Shown here: one piece after another, positions 62,271 through 64,000 of the stretch | How positions within the stretch are numbered: position 1 is the first letter of the stretch | Layout: the number at the start of each line of letters is the position of its first letter | From: Escherichia coli | Lineage (GTDB): Bacteria > Pseudomonadota > Gammaproteobacteria > Enterobacterales > Enterobacteriaceae | Length of the DNA: 64,000 bases | NCBI RefSeq assembly: GCF_016903815.1 | Contig: NZ_CP069973.1 | Strand: one strand, 5' to 3' | The notes under the pieces: generated by a model | The model's input: the letters and a program-made list of their open reading frames with translations, nothing else | What the model was told of the DNA's origin: nothing | The model's database searches: none | Position numbers and translations under genes: made by a program

Positions 62271-63824
62271 ATGAAAATTAAAATACTTGCTGCGGGTATC
62301 GCATTAACATTGCCGTTCTGGGCTTGCGCCAAAGATGTCACCATCATTTATACCAACGACCTCCATGCGCATGTCGAGCCTTATAAAGTGCCGTGGATCG
62401 CTGATGGTAAACGGGATATTGGCGGCTGGGCAAATATCACTACGCTGGTTAAGCAAGAAAAAGCAAAAAATAAAGCGACATGGTTTTTTGATGCGGGTGA
62501 TTATTTTACCGGGCCATATATCAGCAGCCTGACCAAAGGTAAGGCTATTATCGATATTATGAATACTATGCCGTTTGATGCCGTCACGATAGGCAACCAT
62601 GAATTTGACCACGGCTGGGACAACACATTATTACAGTTGAGTCAGGCAAAATTCCCTATTGTGCAGGGCAATGTTTTTTATCAGAACAGCAGTAAATCAT
62701 TCTGGGATAAGCCATATACCATCATCGAAAAAGACGGTGTGAAAATAGGCGTTATAGGTTTGCACGGTGTATTTGCCTTTAATGACACGGTATCTGCGGC
62801 AACGCGAGTGGGGATTGAAGCGCGTGATGAAATTAAATGGCTACAACGTTATATCGATGAACTTAAAGGCAAGGTTGATTTGACCGTCGCCCTGATCCAT
62901 GAAGGTGTTCCGGCCCGCCAGTCCAGTATGGGAGGCACAGATGTGCGTCGCGCGCTGGATAAAGATATTCAGACGGCAAGTCAGGTGAAAGGGCTGGATA
63001 TTTTGATCACCGGACATGCGCATGTGGGTACGCCGGAACCGATTAAAGTCGGCAATACGCTCATCCTCTCCACTGACAGCGGCGGGATTGATGTGGGCAA
63101 ACTGGTTCTCGACTACAAAGAGAAGCCGCATGATTTTACGGTGAAAAACTTCGAGCTTAAAACCATTTACGCCGACGAGTGGAAGCCCGATCCGCAAACA
63201 AAACAGGTGATCGACGGCTGGAATAAAAAGCTTGATGAAGTGGTGCAACAAACGGTCGCGAAATCGCCGGTTGAATTAAAACGTGCCTATGGTGAATCGG
63301 CTTCCCTCGGGAACCTGGCGGCTGATGCTTTACTGGTAGCGGCGGGTAAAAACACCCAATTGGCGTTAACCAACTCTGGCGGCATTCGCAATGAGATCCC
63401 CGCAGGGGCGATTACGATGGGCGGCGTCATCAGTACCTTCCCGTTTCCCAACGAACTGGTGACGATGGATCTCACGGGTAAACAATTACGCAGTTTGATG
63501 GAACACGGCGCAAGTTTAAGTAATGGCGTTTTACAGGTATCGAAAGGCCTGGAAATGAAGTACGACAGCAGTAAGCCGGTTGGTCAGCGGGTAATCACGC
63601 TGACTCTGAATGGCAAACCGATTGAAGATGCGACGATTTACCACATTGCTACTCAGAGTTTCCTTGCTGATGGTGGAGATGGTTTTACCGCCTTTACCGA
63701 AGGGAAAGCGCGTAACACAACGGGCGGTTATTACGTTTATCACGCCGTGGTTGATTACTTCAAAGCGGGTAACACCATCACGGATGAACAGATCAACGGT
63801 ATGCGCGTGAAAGATATCAAGTAA
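62271..63824 (+). CDS. secreted bifunctional metallophosphatase / 5'-nucleotidase family protein (UshA-like)
   Basis: Signal peptide [20 protein letters not shown]; calcineurin-like motifs DLHAH, GDYF, GNHEFD, GHAH; 5'-nucleotidase-like C-terminal half. Confidence 0.75.
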   Translation: MKIKILAAGIALTLPFWACAKDVTIIYTNDLHAHVEPYKVPWIADGKRDIGGWANITTLVKQEKAKNKATWFFDAGDYFTGPYISSLTKGKAIIDIMNTMPFDAVTIGNHEFDHGWDNTLLQLSQAKFPIVQGNVFYQNSSKSFWDKPYTIIEKDGVKIGVIGLHGVFAFNDTVSAATRVGIEARDEIKWLQRYIDELKGKVDLTVALIHEGVPARQSSMGGTDVRRALDKDIQTASQVKGLDILITGHAHVGTPEPIKVGNTLILSTDSGGIDVGKLVLDYKEKPHDFTVKNFELKTIYADEWKPDPQTKQVIDGWNKKLDEVVQQTVAKSPVELKRAYGESASLGNLAADALLVAAGKNTQLALTNSGGIRNEIPAGAITMGGVISTFPFPNELVTMDLTGKQLRSLMEHGASLSNGVLQVSKGLEMKYDSSKPVGQRVITLTLNGKPIEDATIYHIATQSFLADGGDGFTAFTEGKARNTTGGYYVYHAVVDYFKAGNTITDEQINGMRVKDIK

Positions 63825-63872
63825 AAGTACGTATTGAGTTGATTCATCTGTTTGTTACCAGTTGATTTTGCA

Positions 63873-63900
63873 GATCCAGTATTCGGCCTACGCGAGGGCG
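63873..63900. repeat. G/C-rich palindrome TTCGGCCT...AGGCCGAA after the phosphatase gene (terminator or REP-like)
   Basis: Seen directly. Confidence 0.45.
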
Positions 63901-64000
63901 CAGGCCGAATCAGATGCCTTAGCATCACCATCCGGTGGCAGGACGTTGTTTTTCGAATAAGCCCAGGTGTCGCTGTGTTGTCAGAATATCAGTCAAAACG

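Overview
This window reads as an Escherichia coli-type chromosomal segment, judged from gene order and from protein sequences and lengths I recognise (no database search was possible). The conserved backbone runs fdhE-fdoIHG-fdhD, yiiG, frvRXBA, rhaM/rhaDAB/rhaSR/rhaT, sodA, kdgT, yiiM, cpxAR/cpxP, fieF, pfkA, sbp, cdh, tpiA, yiiQRS, uspD, fpr, glpX, glpKF, zapB, rraA, menA, hslUV, ftsN, cytR, priA, rpmE, yiiX, metJ, metBL. Against the K-12 gene order as I remember it, four blocks look accessory: (1) a toxin-antitoxin-like pair plus two small ORFs at 1-900; (2) a ScrY/LamB-like porin between frvA and rhaM; (3) an Rhs polymorphic-toxin element between rpmE and yiiX, with a GC-rich core, an AT-rich C-terminal toxin tip, a tightly coupled putative immunity gene, and an IS1 copy with 9-bp target duplications nested inside a degenerate IS1-family element; (4) a two-gene insertion downstream of metL (a Zn-ribbon protein and a secreted UshA-like metallophosphatase). 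The best candidate for an undescribed system is the Rhs C-terminal toxin/immunity pair; the metL-downstream pair is second. No rRNA, tRNA or CRISPR array was found. Hand-indexed coordinates may be off by 1-2 nt.
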